Assembly (NCBI GenBank): GCA_040080605.1 | Contig: JBEBIB010000002.1 | Coordinates: 123,124-187,123, forward strand | Direction of reading: 5' to 3' | DNA length: 64,000 bases | Origin: Burkholderiaceae bacterium | GTDB taxonomy: Bacteria; Pseudomonadota; Gammaproteobacteria; Burkholderiales; Burkholderiaceae_C | In this document: positions 1 through 12,434 of the stretch, piece by piece | Numbering within the stretch: position 1 is the stretch's first letter | How the letters are laid out: every line of letters starts with the position of its first letter | Translations under genes and position numbers: made by a program | Notes under the pieces: generated by a model | The model's database searches: none | The model's input: the letters and a program-made list of their open reading frames with translations, nothing else | Told to the model about the DNA's origin: nothing

Positions 1-14
1 TCGCTGGTGCTCGG

Positions 15-923
15 GTGACGCTCGTGATCGCGCTGCTGCTGGCCGGGGCGCTCGACCTGCGCTTCGGCGAGCCGCGCAGCGCGTGGCACCCGGTCGCGTG
101 GCTGGGCTCGCTGCTCGCGCCGTTCGGGCGTGTGCTGTCGCGGGCTTCGGCGGCAGGGGCTTTCATCGGCGGTGCGCTGGTCTGGCTCGTGTTCGCCGGC
201 ATCATCGCGTGGGCGACCTGGGCCGCGCAGACACAACTGCTGGGTCTGTCACCGTGGTTCGCGGCGCCGCTGCTGGCGCTGTTGCTGAAGCCGACGTTCT
301 CGTGGCGCATGCTGCGCGACGAAGTGGCTGCCGTCGACACTGCACTGGCCCACAGCCTGGAAGCCGGGCGCGCGCAACTGGCCCGCATCGGCAGCCGGGA
401 TGTGAGTGCGCTCGACGCCGACGCGGTGCGCGAGACCGCGATCGAAAGCCTGGCCGAGAACCTGAACGACTCGCTCGTCGCGCCGCTGTTCTGGTACGCG
501 CTGGCCGGCCTGCCGGGCGCGGCCGTGTACCGCTTCGCGAACACGCTCGATGCGATGTGGGGTTACCGCGGCCGCTGGGAATGGGCCGGCAAATGGAGTG
601 CGGTCGCCGACGATGTGCTGTCGTGGCTGCCGGCGCGGCTGACGGCCATCCTGCTGCGCCCGCCGTTGCGGCCGGGCGACTGGCGCGCGCTGAGGGCCGA
701 GGCCCGGCACACGCCTTCACCCAACGGCGGCTGGCCGATGGGGGCGATGGCCTTGCGCCTCGGTGTGCGCCTGCGCAAACCCGGCGTGTACACGCTGAAC
801 GCGCGGGCGCCATCACCCGGCGCGGTGCATGTCGCGCGGGCGCTGCGGCTGGCGACCCGGGCCGCGTGGGTCTGCGTCGCCGGGGTGATGCTCGCCATCG
901 GGGTGAAGGCGGCCTGGCCATGA
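15..923 (+). CDS. cbiB: Adenosylcobinamide-phosphate synthase CbiB/CobD
   Basis: Motifs ETAIESLAENLNDSLVAPLFW, YRFANTLDAMWGY, DDVLSWLPARLT, SPNGGWP; hydrophobic; first gene of cob cluster; GTG start uncertain. Confidence 0.92.
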   Translation: MTLVIALLLAGALDLRFGEPRSAWHPVAWLGSLLAPFGRVLSRASAAGAFIGGALVWLVFAGIIAWATWAAQTQLLGLSPWFAAPLLALLLKPTFSWRMLRDEVAAVDTALAHSLEAGRAQLARIGSRDVSALDADAVRETAIESLAENLNDSLVAPLFWYALAGLPGAAVYRFANTLDAMWGYRGRWEWAGKWSAVADDVLSWLPARLTAILLRPPLRPGDWRALRAEARHTPSPNGGWPMGAMALRLGVRLRKPGVYTLNARAPSPGAVHVARALRLATRAAWVCVAGVMLAIGVKAAWP

Positions 924-2386
924 CAGCGCGCGCCGTCATGGTGCTCGGCACGACGAGCGGCGCCGGGAAGAGCTGGCTCGCGACGGCGCTGTGCCGTTGG
1001 TACGCGCGCCAGGGCCTGCAGGTCGCGCCGTTCAAGGCGCAGAACATGAGCAACAACGCGCGCGTCGTGCCGTGCGCGGACGGCTCGATGGGCGAGATCG
1101 GCAGCGCGCAGTACTTTCAGGCATTGGCCGCGCGTGCCGCGCCCGAGGTGCGCATGAACCCGGTGTTGCTCAAGCCCGAGAACGACACCACCAGCCAGGT
1201 GATCGTGTTGGGCCGCGTGCGCGCCGACCTGGCAGACGTGCCCTGGCGCGAACGCAGCGAACGCCTGTGGCCGTTCGCACACGACGCGCTCGACGCATTG
1301 ATGAGCGAGAACGACGTCGTCGTGATCGAAGGGGCGGGCTCGCCGGCCGAGATCAACCTGCACACGAGCGACTACGTCAACATGCGCACGGCCTTGCACG
1401 CCCGCGCCGCTTGCCTGCTCGTGAGCGACATCGACCGCGGCGGCGCCTTCGCGCATCTCTACGGCACGCACCAGTTGCTGCCGCCTGAAGAACGCGCGCT
1501 GATCCGGGGTTATGTGCTGAACCGGTTCCGGGGTGATGCCGCCTTGCTCGCACCCGGCCCGCAGCAACTTCAGCAGTTCACCGGCGTGCCCACGCTCGCG
1601 GTCTTGCCGATGTGGCGCGGCCACGGCCTGCCCGAAGAAGACGGCGTGTTCGACGACGCTGCCAGCCGCGCGCGCGGTGGCCTTCGCATCGCGGTCGTCG
1701 CGTTCCCGCAAATCAGCAACCTCGACGAGTTCCAGCCACTGCGCCATTGCCCGGGCGTTCGCCTGAGATGGGCTCGAACCGCAGCCGACCTCGACGGCGC
1801 CGACTGGATCGTATTGCCCGGCTCGAAGCACACCGGGCGCGACCTCGCGTGGCTGCGCGCGCAGGGTCTGTTCGGCGCCATTCAAGACCACGCCGCACGG
1901 GGAGGGCGTGTGCTCGGCATCTGCGGCGGCCTGCAGATGCTGGGCCGCAAGTTGTTCGACCCGCACCACATCGAAGGCCATGCGGGCGGCGAAAGCGACG
2001 GGCTGGCGTTGCTGCCGATCGACACCCGGTTCGAGCCCGGGAAGACGCTGCGGCGCACGCGTGCGCGTTTCGATGCAGCCGATGCAGCGTGGTCTGCGCT
2101 CGCCGGCGTGGCCTTCGACGGCTACGAGATCCGCTGCGGCCGCACTGAATCCGATGCGGGTGCGTTGGTGGCATTGCGCAACGACGCAGGCACGCCCATC
2201 GGCTGGCAGCATGGCTCCGTGCTCGGTGTCTACGCGCACGGCCTGTTCGAATCGGCGGACGCGATGCGCGCGCTGTTCGGCGCACAGGCCCGGCCTCTCG
2301 ACGCTGTGTTTGACGGTCTCGCCGATTTCATCGACGCACGCTTCGAGCCCGGCTCGCTGCGGCGGCTCATCGAAGGATTCTCATGA
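920..2386 (+). CDS. cobQ: Cobyric acid synthase CobQ/CbiP
   Basis: [10 protein letters not shown]-loop, [22 protein letters not shown], glutaminase ICGGLQMLG and GVYAHG; ATGA overlap with cbiB stop. Confidence 0.95.
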   Translation: MTARAVMVLGTTSGAGKSWLATALCRWYARQGLQVAPFKAQNMSNNARVVPCADGSMGEIGSAQYFQALAARAAPEVRMNPVLLKPENDTTSQVIVLGRVRADLADVPWRERSERLWPFAHDALDALMSENDVVVIEGAGSPAEINLHTSDYVNMRTALHARAACLLVSDIDRGGAFAHLYGTHQLLPPEERALIRGYVLNRFRGDAALLAPGPQQLQQFTGVPTLAVLPMWRGHGLPEEDGVFDDAASRARGGLRIAVVAFPQISNLDEFQPLRHCPGVRLRWARTAADLDGADWIVLPGSKHTGRDLAWLRAQGLFGAIQDHAARGGRVLGICGGLQMLGRKLFDPHHIEGHAGGESDGLALLPIDTRFEPGKTLRRTRARFDAADAAWSALAGVAFDGYEIRCGRTESDAGALVALRNDAGTPIGWQHGSVLGVYAHGLFESADAMRALFGAQARPLDAVFDGLADFIDARFEPGSLRRLIEGFS

Positions 2387-3426
2387 ACGATCTGATCCCC
2401 GGCATCGCGCTGGTCGCCGACGCTGCCCTCGCGCAACGCCTGCAACACCGCCTCGACCACAAGACCAAACCGCAGGGCGCGCTCGGCCGGCTCGAAGCGC
2501 TGGCGCTGCAGATCGGCCTGGTGCAGCAGACCGAGCACCCGGTGCTGCGGGCACCGCAGGTGCTGGTGTTCGCGGCCGACCATGGCCTGGCGGCCCAAGG
2601 CGTGTCGGCCTACCCGAGCGACGTGACCTGGCAGATGGTCGAGAACTTCTGTGCAGGGGGTGCCGCGGTCAGCGTGCTGGCGCGCCAGCACCGGCTCGCG
2701 CTCACCGTGATCGACGCTGGCGTGCGCCACGACTTCGCGCCACGCCCAGGCCTGCTCGACTGCAAGATCGGCCCCGGCACCGCCGACGCGTCGCAGGGCG
2801 ATGCGATGACGGCTGCGCAGTGCGCCGCCGCGATCCGCAGCGGGCGTGATGTCGTGCGTGCCTTGCCCGGCAACGTGGTGCTGCTCGGCGAGATGGGCAT
2901 CGGCAACACCTCGAGCGCGGCGCTGTTGCTGGCGCGCCTGTCGGGTGCCGACATCGCCGCCTGTGTCGGCCGCGGCACCGGCCTGGACGACGCCGGCCTC
3001 GCGCACAAGCGTGTCGTGCTGCGCGCCGTGTTGCAGCGCCACCCGGGTGCACAGGCACCGCTGGAGGCGCTGGCTGCCTTCGGCGGCTTCGAGATCGCGA
3101 TGATGGCTGGCGCGGCGCTGCAGGCCGCCAGCCAACGCCGGCTCGTGGTCGTCGACGGTTTCATCGCCGGCGCGGCGATCCTGGTGGCGGCGATGCTCGC
3201 CCCCGACTTGCTCGGCTACTGCGTGTTCGCGCACCGCTCGAACGAGGCCGGGCACCGCCTGATGCTCGATCATCTGGGCGTGCAGGCGGTGCTCGACCTC
3301 GGCCTGCGCCTGGGTGAAGGCTCGGGCGCGGTGCTGGCCTGGCCGTTGATCGCGAGCGCCGCGCTCTTGCTGAACGAGATGGCGAGTTTCGAATCGGCCG
3401 GTGTGTCGACGCGCGAGGCACCGTGA
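2383..3426 (+). CDS. cobT: Nicotinate-nucleotide--dimethylbenzimidazole phosphoribosyltransferase
   Basis: [42 protein letters not shown] motifs. Confidence 0.95.
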   Translation: MNDLIPGIALVADAALAQRLQHRLDHKTKPQGALGRLEALALQIGLVQQTEHPVLRAPQVLVFAADHGLAAQGVSAYPSDVTWQMVENFCAGGAAVSVLARQHRLALTVIDAGVRHDFAPRPGLLDCKIGPGTADASQGDAMTAAQCAAAIRSGRDVVRALPGNVVLLGEMGIGNTSSAALLLARLSGADIAACVGRGTGLDDAGLAHKRVVLRAVLQRHPGAQAPLEALAAFGGFEIAMMAGAALQAASQRRLVVVDGFIAGAAILVAAMLAPDLLGYCVFAHRSNEAGHRLMLDHLGVQAVLDLGLRLGEGSGAVLAWPLIASAALLLNEMASFESAGVSTREAP

Positions 3427-4220
3427 TGCACGAACTGCGCCTCTTCTTCATCGCGCTGCAGTTTCTGACGCGCTTACCCAGCCCGCGCTGGGTCGGTTTC
3501 GAGCCGGAGTGGCTGAACCAGAGCGCGCGCCACTTTCCGGCGGTCGGGCTGCTGGTGGGCGCGGTCGCTGCGCTCGTGCTGGTGCTGGGCCAGGTGCTGT
3601 TCCCGCCGGCGGTGGCGGTCGGTTTGTCGATGGCGGCGACGCTGTGGCTGACCGGCGCGTTCCACGAAGACGGCTGGGCCGACACCTGCGATGCGCTCGG
3701 CGGCGGCGCAAGCATCGGCCGCGAGCGCGCGCTGCTGATCATGAAAGATTCGCGCATCGGCACTTATGGCGCGGTGGCGCTCGTCGTGATGCTCGGGCTG
3801 AAGGCCGCTACGCTGACGGCTTTGCCGCTCGCGCTGGCGGTGCCGGCCTTGCTGTTCGCGCACACCGCCAGCCGCGCGGCGGCGGTCGCGCTGATCCGCT
3901 GGCTGCCGTATGCGGGCGACATCGAACATGCCAAAGCCAAGCCGCTGGCACAGCGCATCTCGGGCGCCGGGCTTGTGGTGGCGCTGGGCTGGGTGCTGTT
4001 GTTGTGCGCCGCGCTGGTGGGGGCCGCGCAGCGCTGTAGCGAACCGGCGGTGTTGCCGGCGATCGTGCTCGGGCTGTTGGTGATTGCCGGCACGGCTGCC
4101 TGGTGCGCGCGCTGGTTCCGCCAGCGGCTCGGCGGCTACACCGGAGACACGCTCGGCGCCACGCAGCAACTCACCGAGTTGCTGGCCTTGCTGGTGTGGC
4201 TCGGCGTGGCGGGCGCCTGA
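3423..4220 (+). CDS. cobS: Adenosylcobinamide-GDP ribazoletransferase (cobalamin synthase)
   Basis: [44 protein letters not shown]. Confidence 0.95.
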   Translation: MMHELRLFFIALQFLTRLPSPRWVGFEPEWLNQSARHFPAVGLLVGAVAALVLVLGQVLFPPAVAVGLSMAATLWLTGAFHEDGWADTCDALGGGASIGRERALLIMKDSRIGTYGAVALVVMLGLKAATLTALPLALAVPALLFAHTASRAAAVALIRWLPYAGDIEHAKAKPLAQRISGAGLVVALGWVLLLCAALVGAAQRCSEPAVLPAIVLGLLVIAGTAAWCARWFRQRLGGYTGDTLGATQQLTELLALLVWLGVAGA

Positions 4221-4786
4221 TGAACACCGCGGCCGCGCTGGCGGTGTGGCGCCATCCCAGGCCGAGCGATGTTCAAGGCCGTTGCATCGGCCGCACCGAC
4301 GTGCGTGTCGACCGCCGCAAGGCCAAGCGCCTCGCGCACCGCATCCGGCGTTGGGCGCGCCAGCACGGCGCGGCGCGTGTGGTGCTCACCTCGAGCCTGC
4401 AGCGTGCGGCGAGCGTCGGTCGCGTTCTCGCCGGCTGGGGCTGGCAACACCACATCGACGCGCGCCTGAACGAAATGGACTTCGGCGAATGGGACGGGCT
4501 GGCTTGGGAAACGATCGGGGCCGACGCCGTGGGCGACTGGTGCGAAGCCTTCGCTGAACACGCCCCCGGCGGCGGCGAGTCGGTCGCGCAATTGTTAGCC
4601 CGTTGCGGCGACTTGATGGCCGAGTTGCATGCCGCTGCAGCGCCGCCCTGCGTGGTGGGCCATGCTGGCTGGATCAGCGCGGCGCAGTGGCTGCAGGCGG
4701 GCAGCTCGCACGCACCGAGCGCCGCCGAATGGCCTGGCGCGATCAGCTACTCGACTCGGGTGCTGCTGGCGTGCTCGGGTCCTTGA
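4220..4786 (+). CDS. Histidine phosphatase family protein, CobC-like (alpha-ribazole phosphatase candidate)
   Basis: RHP...G.TD, SSLQRA, LNEMDFGEWDG, PGGGES, HAGWI; translationally coupled to cobS. Confidence 0.75.
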   Translation: MNTAAALAVWRHPRPSDVQGRCIGRTDVRVDRRKAKRLAHRIRRWARQHGAARVVLTSSLQRAASVGRVLAGWGWQHHIDARLNEMDFGEWDGLAWETIGADAVGDWCEAFAEHAPGGGESVAQLLARCGDLMAELHAAAAPPCVVGHAGWISAAQWLQAGSSHAPSAAEWPGAISYSTRVLLACSGP

Positions 4787-5384
4787 TGTCGATCAGGTCG
4801 AGCGGCATCGGCATGGTGGTCAACCGGTTCGGCGTGCTGGTTTCCCAGAGCGCGCCGGGGGCCGTGTCGACCGTGGCGCTGACCACGTGCATCAGCGTGA
4901 GGCTGGCACGCGCCGCGATCTTGCGCAGCGACTGGATCTGGCGCTGCGACCATTCGACCGGCGTGCCGAGCTGTTCGCAGCTGAAGGTGCCGAAGAGTTC
5001 GCCATTGACGGCGAAGCACATGTCCATCATCGAGACCACGCCCGAGGGCACGAGGTAGCCGGCCATGAAGACCGCCATGATCGGGTCGGCCTGCGCTTCG
5101 GGCACCGAGACGAAGCCGTCGCGCAGCAGGTGCTCGAAGTAGGGGCCGCTGCCGGCGCCCTGCATGTCGATGGCGGTGACCATGCGGTCTTGCACCGCGT
5201 CGAACATCGCCACGCTGCGCAGTGCGCGGCCTTCGGCGTTGTCGACGAAGACCCGCACCCCGGCGCGCGAGCAACCGATCTGCGTGGCGACGAAACGCGT
5301 GAACTGTTCGAGGAACTGGGCGCTGTCGATTTCACCGCGCTCCAGGCGCCCGGAAATCACTTGCAGATCTTCTTGCTCACCCAT
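4743..5384 (-). CDS. Stand-alone GAF-domain protein
   Basis: GAF-like pattern (YFEHLLRDGFVSVPEAQADP...YLVPSGVVSMMD...GELFGTFSCEQ...WSQRQIQSLRKIA); RBS-like GGTG/GCC context; no output domain. Confidence 0.65.
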   Translation of the reverse strand: MGEQEDLQVISGRLERGEIDSAQFLEQFTRFVATQIGCSRAGVRVFVDNAEGRALRSVAMFDAVQDRMVTAIDMQGAGSGPYFEHLLRDGFVSVPEAQADPIMAVFMAGYLVPSGVVSMMDMCFAVNGELFGTFSCEQLGTPVEWSQRQIQSLRKIAARASLTLMHVVSATVDTAPGALWETSTPNRLTTMPMPLDLIDIKDPSTPAAPESSS

Positions 5385-5432
5385 GGCGGATTATGAAACG
5401 GACCCTCGCCGGAGAACAGCGTTGATGCGCCA

Positions 5433-6095
5433 TTAAGACACGCTGGATGCGGTGCCACGCTCTGCCAGAAAACCCGGGCCGGCGTCGCAGAAGCGCAGCA
5501 CGCTGCACTGCTCGCACAGCGGCCGGCGCGCCTGGCAGACGTAGCGGCCGTGCAGGATCAGCCAATGGTGCGCATCGACGAGGAACTCGGCCGGGATGCG
5601 TTCGAGCAGCTTCTGCTCGACGGCCAGCGGCGTGGCGCCGGGTGCCAGGCCGGTGCGGTTGCCGAGCCGGAAGAGGTGCGTGTCGACCGCCATCGTCGGC
5701 TCGCCGAAAGCCACGTTGAGCACCACGTTGGCGGTCTTGCGGCCGACGCCCGGCAAGGCTTCGAGCGCCTCGCGCGTGCGCGGCACCCGCGAGCCGTGCT
5801 GCAGGGCGAGGATGCGGCTGGTCTCGAGCAGGTTCTTCGCCTTGTTGCGGAACAGGCCGATGGTGCGGATATGTTCGGTGAGTGCGTCCAGGCCCAGCGC
5901 GACGATCTTCGCTGGTGTGTTGGCCACGAGGAAGAGTCGGCGTGTCGCCTTGTTCACGCCCACGTCGGTGGCCTGCGCCGACAGCAGCACCGCGGCGAGC
6001 AGTTCGAACACGCTGGTGTATTCGAGCTCGGTCTGCGGGCTCGGGTTGGCGGCGCGCAGCGTGGCGAAGAAGTTGGCAACGTTGGCGTCGTTCAT
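5433..6095 (-). CDS. nth: Endonuclease III
   Basis: [21 protein letters not shown] Hh[22 protein letters not shown] Fe-S motif; ATG at 6095. Confidence 0.97.
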   Translation of the reverse strand: MNDANVANFFATLRAANPSPQTELEYTSVFELLAAVLLSAQATDVGVNKATRRLFLVANTPAKIVALGLDALTEHIRTIGLFRNKAKNLLETSRILALQHGSRVPRTREALEALPGVGRKTANVVLNVAFGEPTMAVDTHLFRLGNRTGLAPGATPLAVEQKLLERIPAEFLVDAHHWLILHGRYVCQARRPLCEQCSVLRFCDAGPGFLAERGTASSVS

Positions 6096-6661
6096 GGCGC
6101 TCGACTCTGGCTGGACGACATCTGGTTGAGGCGCTGTTCCGCTTCGAGCCTTTCGCGCTCTACCCTGAGCTGGTGAAAGCTGTAGCGTTCGCGGGCAGCC
6201 AGCACCAGCGGTTCGCTCCACGCAGCCCAGCCGGTGCGCCCGGCGGTTTGTGGCACGAGCGAGATGCAGTCGACGGGGCAGGCCGGCAGGCACAGTTCGC
6301 AGCCAGTGCACTGCGCGTCGATCACGGTGTGCATCTGCTTGGCCGCGCCGACGATGCAATCGACCGGGCAGGCCTTGATGCACAGCGTGCAGCCGATGCA
6401 CCAGGCTTCGTCGATGACGGCGAGCTGGCGTGGTGCTTCGACGCCGTTGGCGGGATTCAGCGGCAGCACCGGCAGGCCGGTGAGCTGTGAAAGCCGAGCG
6501 ATGCCTTCGGCGCCGCCGGGCGGGCACTGGTTGATTGCTGCCTCACCGGCGGCCATGGCCTCGGCATAGGCGCGGCAGTCGGGGTAGCCGCAACGGGTGC
6601 ACTGCGTCTGCGGCAGCGCTGCATCGAGCGCCGCCGCGAGCGCGGCGTGGTCGCTCGACAT
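6092..6661 (-). CDS. rnfB: RnfB/RsxB-like ferredoxin (electron transport complex subunit B family)
   Basis: [46 protein letters not shown]; overlaps nth start. Confidence 0.85.
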   Translation of the reverse strand: MSSDHAALAAALDAALPQTQCTRCGYPDCRAYAEAMAAGEAAINQCPPGGAEGIARLSQLTGLPVLPLNPANGVEAPRQLAVIDEAWCIGCTLCIKACPVDCIVGAAKQMHTVIDAQCTGCELCLPACPVDCISLVPQTAGRTGWAAWSEPLVLAARERYSFHQLRVERERLEAEQRLNQMSSSQSRAP

Positions 6662-6668
6662 CACGGGC

Positions 6669-8021
6669 TTATCGTGCGCGGCGCACGGCCTTCTTGGCGG
6701 CGGGCGCCGCTTTCGGTGCGGCGCTTCGCTTGGCCGGCGCGGCAATCGCCTTGGGCGCACGCTTCTTCGGCGCCGCAACATCCGTCTGGTGATTCGCGAT
6801 GAACTCGCGCACCGTCGGGTAGACCTTCTCGCGCCAGCGCCGGCCCGAGAAGATGCCGTAGTGGCCGGCACCGATCGCGTCGTAGTGGAACTGCCGCTCT
6901 TTCGGGATGCCGGTGCACAGGCCGTGCGCGGCGCGGGTCTGGCCGGCGCCGGAAATGTCGTCGAGCTCGCCTTCGATCGTCAGCAGCGCGGTGCCCTTGA
7001 TGTCTTGCGGGCGCACCAGCTGGCCCTTGACCTTCCAGGTGCCGTTGACGAGCGAGAAGTCCTGGAACACGGTCTTGATGGTGTCGAGGTAGTACTCGGC
7101 CGGCATGTCGAGCACGGCGTTGTACTCGTCGTAGAAGTCGCGGTGGAAGTCGACGCTGCTGTCGTCGCCACGCACGAGGTCGAGGAAGTAGTCGTAGTGC
7201 GAGCTCATGTGGCGGTCGGGGTTCATCGCGACGAAGCCGGTGTGCTGCAGGAAGCCGGGGTAGACCGCGCGCCCGGCGCCGGGGAAGTTGGTCGGCACGC
7301 GGTAGATCACGTTGCTCTCGAACCAGGAATACGGCTTGTTGGTGGCCAGGTTGTTGACGGCGGTGGGGCTCAGGCGCGCGTCGATCGGGCCGCCCATCAT
7401 CGTCATCGTGCGCGGCGTGGTTTCACCGTTGCTCGCCATCAGCGAGATCGCGGCGAGCACCGGCACGGTCGGCTGGCACACCGACATCACGTTCACCTCG
7501 GGGCCGATGTGGCGAATGAACTCCTGCACGTAGGCGATGTAGTCGTCGAGGTGGAACGCCCCGGCGGCCAGCGGCACCATGCGCGCGTCGGTCCAGTCGG
7601 TGATGAAGACCTTGTGGTCCTTCAGCAGCTCACGCACGGTTTCGCGCAGCAGCGTGGAGTGGTGGCCCGACAAAGGTGCGACGACCAGCACGGTCGGCTG
7701 GTCCTTCATGCGCGTGAGCATCGGCAGGTCGTCGGTGAAGCGCTTGAAGCGCAGCAGCCGGCAGAACGGTTTTTCGATCGCCACCTGCTGCTGCACGGCG
7801 ACGTCGATGCCGTTGACCTTGACCGAGTTGATGCCGAACTCGGGCTTCTCGTATTCCTTCGAGAGCCGGTGCATCAGGTCGAGCCCGGCCGAAACACGCT
7901 GCGCGCCGGGCGTGTGGGCGAAAGGCGAGAGCGGGTGGTTGTACAGCTTGGAGGTGGCGCTCGCGAATTCCGCGAACGGGCTCAGCAACGCACGTTGTGA
8001 TTCATAGAGCTGATACAGCAT
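6669..8021 (-). CDS. phaZ: Intracellular polyhydroxyalkanoate depolymerase
   Basis: MLYQLYE N-terminus, [18 protein letters not shown] catalytic Cys, [17 protein letters not shown]. Confidence 0.93.
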   Translation of the reverse strand: MLYQLYESQRALLSPFAEFASATSKLYNHPLSPFAHTPGAQRVSAGLDLMHRLSKEYEKPEFGINSVKVNGIDVAVQQQVAIEKPFCRLLRFKRFTDDLPMLTRMKDQPTVLVVAPLSGHHSTLLRETVRELLKDHKVFITDWTDARMVPLAAGAFHLDDYIAYVQEFIRHIGPEVNVMSVCQPTVPVLAAISLMASNGETTPRTMTMMGGPIDARLSPTAVNNLATNKPYSWFESNVIYRVPTNFPGAGRAVYPGFLQHTGFVAMNPDRHMSSHYDYFLDLVRGDDSSVDFHRDFYDEYNAVLDMPAEYYLDTIKTVFQDFSLVNGTWKVKGQLVRPQDIKGTALLTIEGELDDISGAGQTRAAHGLCTGIPKERQFHYDAIGAGHYGIFSGRRWREKVYPTVREFIANHQTDVAAPKKRAPKAIAAPAKRSAAPKAAPAAKKAVRRAR

Positions 8022-8067
8022 CACGAGACCCGGTGAGTGAATCGGCGCCGGCGGAGCCGTGCGGACC

Positions 8068-8089
8068 AATTGTGCAATGCAGCATTCTA
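8068..8089 (-). promoter_or_regulatory. Putative -10 (TAGAAT) plus PhaR-like TGCA-N-TGCA operator upstream of phaZ
   Basis: Minus strand TAGAATGCTGCATTGCACAATT; imperfect palindrome AAT-tg-TGCA-A-TGCA-gc-ATT. Confidence 0.45.
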
Positions 8090-8237
8090 GTCGCTGTGCA
8101 CGATCTTGCACGCCTGCGCCCACGCGCACAAACCCGAATCAGTGCGTGGTTTGTCCCAGTCTGGTGCCTTGTTCCACGCCGGGGTGGCTGCGCGGCTGCA
8201 ATGGAGTGCAGCGGCGCGCTGGACTCCGCCCCGGGCG

Positions 8238-9452
8238 TCAGGCCGAAACCTGGACGATCGCGGCGACCGTGGCGTCGATGTTCTTGTTGTTCAGCGCGGC
8301 CACGCAGATGCGGCCCGAGTCGACCCCGTAGATGCCGAATTCGCTGCGCAGGCGTTGCATCTGCTCCTTGCCCAAGCCGGAGTAGCTGAACATGCCTTTC
8401 TGGCGGGTGATGAAGCTCATGTCTTCTTTCATCCCGGCGGCCTTGAGCTTGTCTTGCAGCGCGACGCGCATCTGCTTGATGCGCACACGCATGCCCGCGA
8501 GCTCTTCTTCCCACATCGCACGCAGCGTCGGCGTGGTCAACACCAGCGCCACGACCTGCGCACCGTGGGTGGGCGGGTTCGAGTAGTTGGTGCGGATCAC
8601 GCGCTTGAGCTGGCTCAGCACACGTTCGGCCTCTTCCTTCGAGCGGCAGACCACGCTGAGCGCGCCGACCCGCTCGCCGTAGAGCGAGAAACTCTTCGAG
8701 AAGCTGGTGGCAACGAAGAAGTCGAGCCCGGCGGCCATGAACAGGCCGACGACGGCGCCGTCTTCCTGGATGCCTTCGCCGAAGCCTTGATAGGCCATGT
8801 CGAGGAAAGGCACGAGGCCGCGCGCAGCCACCGCCTTGATCACCTGCGCCCACTGCTCGAGCGTGATGTCGTAGCCGGTCGGGTTGTGGCAGCAGGCGTG
8901 CAGCACGACGATGCTGCCTTCGGCCGCGCCGTTCAGCGCGGCCAGCATCGCGTCGAAGTCGACCCCGCGGCGCGCGGCGTCGTAGTACGCATACGACTCG
9001 ACCGGGAAACCGGCGCTTTCGAACAGCGCGCGGTGGTTTTCCCAGCTCGGGTCGCTGATCAGGACTTTCGCGCCCGGGTTCAAACGCTTGAGCAGGTCGG
9101 CGCCGATCTTCAGCCCGCCGGTGCCACCGAGCGCCTGCACGGTCGCGATGCGGCCGGCCTTCACGGCTTCGCTGTCGGCGCCGAACACGAGCCCTTGCAC
9201 GGCCTTGTCGTAGGCGGCGATGCCGTCGATCGGCAGGTAGCCTCTTGCCTTCGGCGCTTCCATCATCATCTTCTCGGCTTCCTGCACGCACTTCAGCAGT
9301 GGCAGCTTGCCGGTGTCGTCGAAGTACACGCCGACGCCGAGGTTGACCTTGGCCGGATTCGGGTCGGCGTTGAATTGCTCGTTCAGGCCGAGGATCGGGT
9401 CGCGGGGGGCCATTTCAACGGCGGCAAACAGCGACAGAGCGGGCGAAGACAT
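8238..9452 (-). CDS. tyrB: Aromatic amino acid / aspartate aminotransferase (class I)
   Basis: APRDPILGL, NLGVGVY, HACCHNPTG, DMAYQGF, SFSKSFSLYGERVG, SGRICVA. Confidence 0.9.
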   Translation of the reverse strand: MSSPALSLFAAVEMAPRDPILGLNEQFNADPNPAKVNLGVGVYFDDTGKLPLLKCVQEAEKMMMEAPKARGYLPIDGIAAYDKAVQGLVFGADSEAVKAGRIATVQALGGTGGLKIGADLLKRLNPGAKVLISDPSWENHRALFESAGFPVESYAYYDAARRGVDFDAMLAALNGAAEGSIVVLHACCHNPTGYDITLEQWAQVIKAVAARGLVPFLDMAYQGFGEGIQEDGAVVGLFMAAGLDFFVATSFSKSFSLYGERVGALSVVCRSKEEAERVLSQLKRVIRTNYSNPPTHGAQVVALVLTTPTLRAMWEEELAGMRVRIKQMRVALQDKLKAAGMKEDMSFITRQKGMFSYSGLGKEQMQRLRSEFGIYGVDSGRICVAALNNKNIDATVAAIVQVSA

Positions 9453-9552
9453 GGTCAGTCCTTGTCAGTAGATGGGCGAGGGCGTTTGCGCTAACCTGCG
9501 TGGTTGCGCTAGACGCGGTTGCGTCAGAAGTTTCCCGGAGATTTTATCTGTC

Positions 9553-11658
<2,106 letters not shown>

Positions 11659-11697
11659 GCCCAAAACCGGGCTGAAGTCAGGGGAACTAACCGGCTC

Positions 11698-11751
11698 CAT
11701 CCCGACCGAATTACTCGGCTTCAGCTATACTCGACCAATCTACTCGGGTTA
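11698..11751 (+). promoter_or_regulatory. Tandem IscR type-1-like operators
   Basis: ATCCCGACCGAATTACTCGGCTT (11699-11721) and ATACTCGACCAATCTACTCGGGTTA (11727-11751) upstream of iscR. Confidence 0.65.
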
Positions 11752-11836
11752 GATCGAGGGTTATCCCTCTCCGAGACGGTCGGGCGGCTGAAAGTGTTTG
11801 TAGCTGCTCTGCCCACACAGGCTTTAGGAGAATTGA

Positions 11837-12373
11837 ATGCGTCTGACCACCAAAGGCCGTTTTGCGGTCACTGCCATGATCGACCTCGCGTTGCGTGAGC
11901 ACAGCGGGCCGGTCGCCCTGGCCGCCATCAGCGGGCGCCAGCAGATCTCGCTGTCGTACCTAGAGCAGCTGTTCGGCAAACTGCGCCGCCACGAGCTCGT
12001 CGAGAGCACCCGCGGCCCCGGCGGCGGTTATTCGCTCGGCCGCAAGGCGGAAGAGATCACGGTGGCCGACATCATCGTCGCCGTCGACGAGCCGATCGAC
12101 GCCACCGGTTGTGCCGGCAAGGAAAACTGCATGGGCGACGACGCCGGCCGCTGCATGACGCACGACCTTTGGGCGAGCCTGAACTCGAAGATGATCGAGT
12201 TCCTCGACTCGGTGTCGCTGCGCAAGCTTGTCGACGAGCAGCTCGCCAAGGGCGTGTCGATCGAAGAGCACCCGGTCAAGCGCGCGATCTCTTCGCAGCC
12301 GGTCGTCAAGCCGATCAAGATCACCGCACCGAATTCGGTGTTCGCGCTCGGCGCGGCCGCTTTCAACAAGTAA
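11837..12373 (+). CDS. iscR: Fe-S cluster assembly transcription factor IscR
   Basis: MRLTTKGRFAVTAMIDLA, ISLSYLEQLF, RGPGGGY, three Cys ligands and THDLW. Confidence 0.96.
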   Translation: MRLTTKGRFAVTAMIDLALREHSGPVALAAISGRQQISLSYLEQLFGKLRRHELVESTRGPGGGYSLGRKAEEITVADIIVAVDEPIDATGCAGKENCMGDDAGRCMTHDLWASLNSKMIEFLDSVSLRKLVDEQLAKGVSIEEHPVKRAISSQPVVKPIKITAPNSVFALGAAAFNK

Positions 12374-12434
12374 ACCAGCCTGAAACCTTGACGCCAACGG
12401 CACGTGGCAGCGCCACGTCGCCGGGACAAATCGC

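Noticed and set aside
9453-9552. LexA box upstream of uvrB
   Set aside because: No CTGT-N8-ACAG found in the intergenic region
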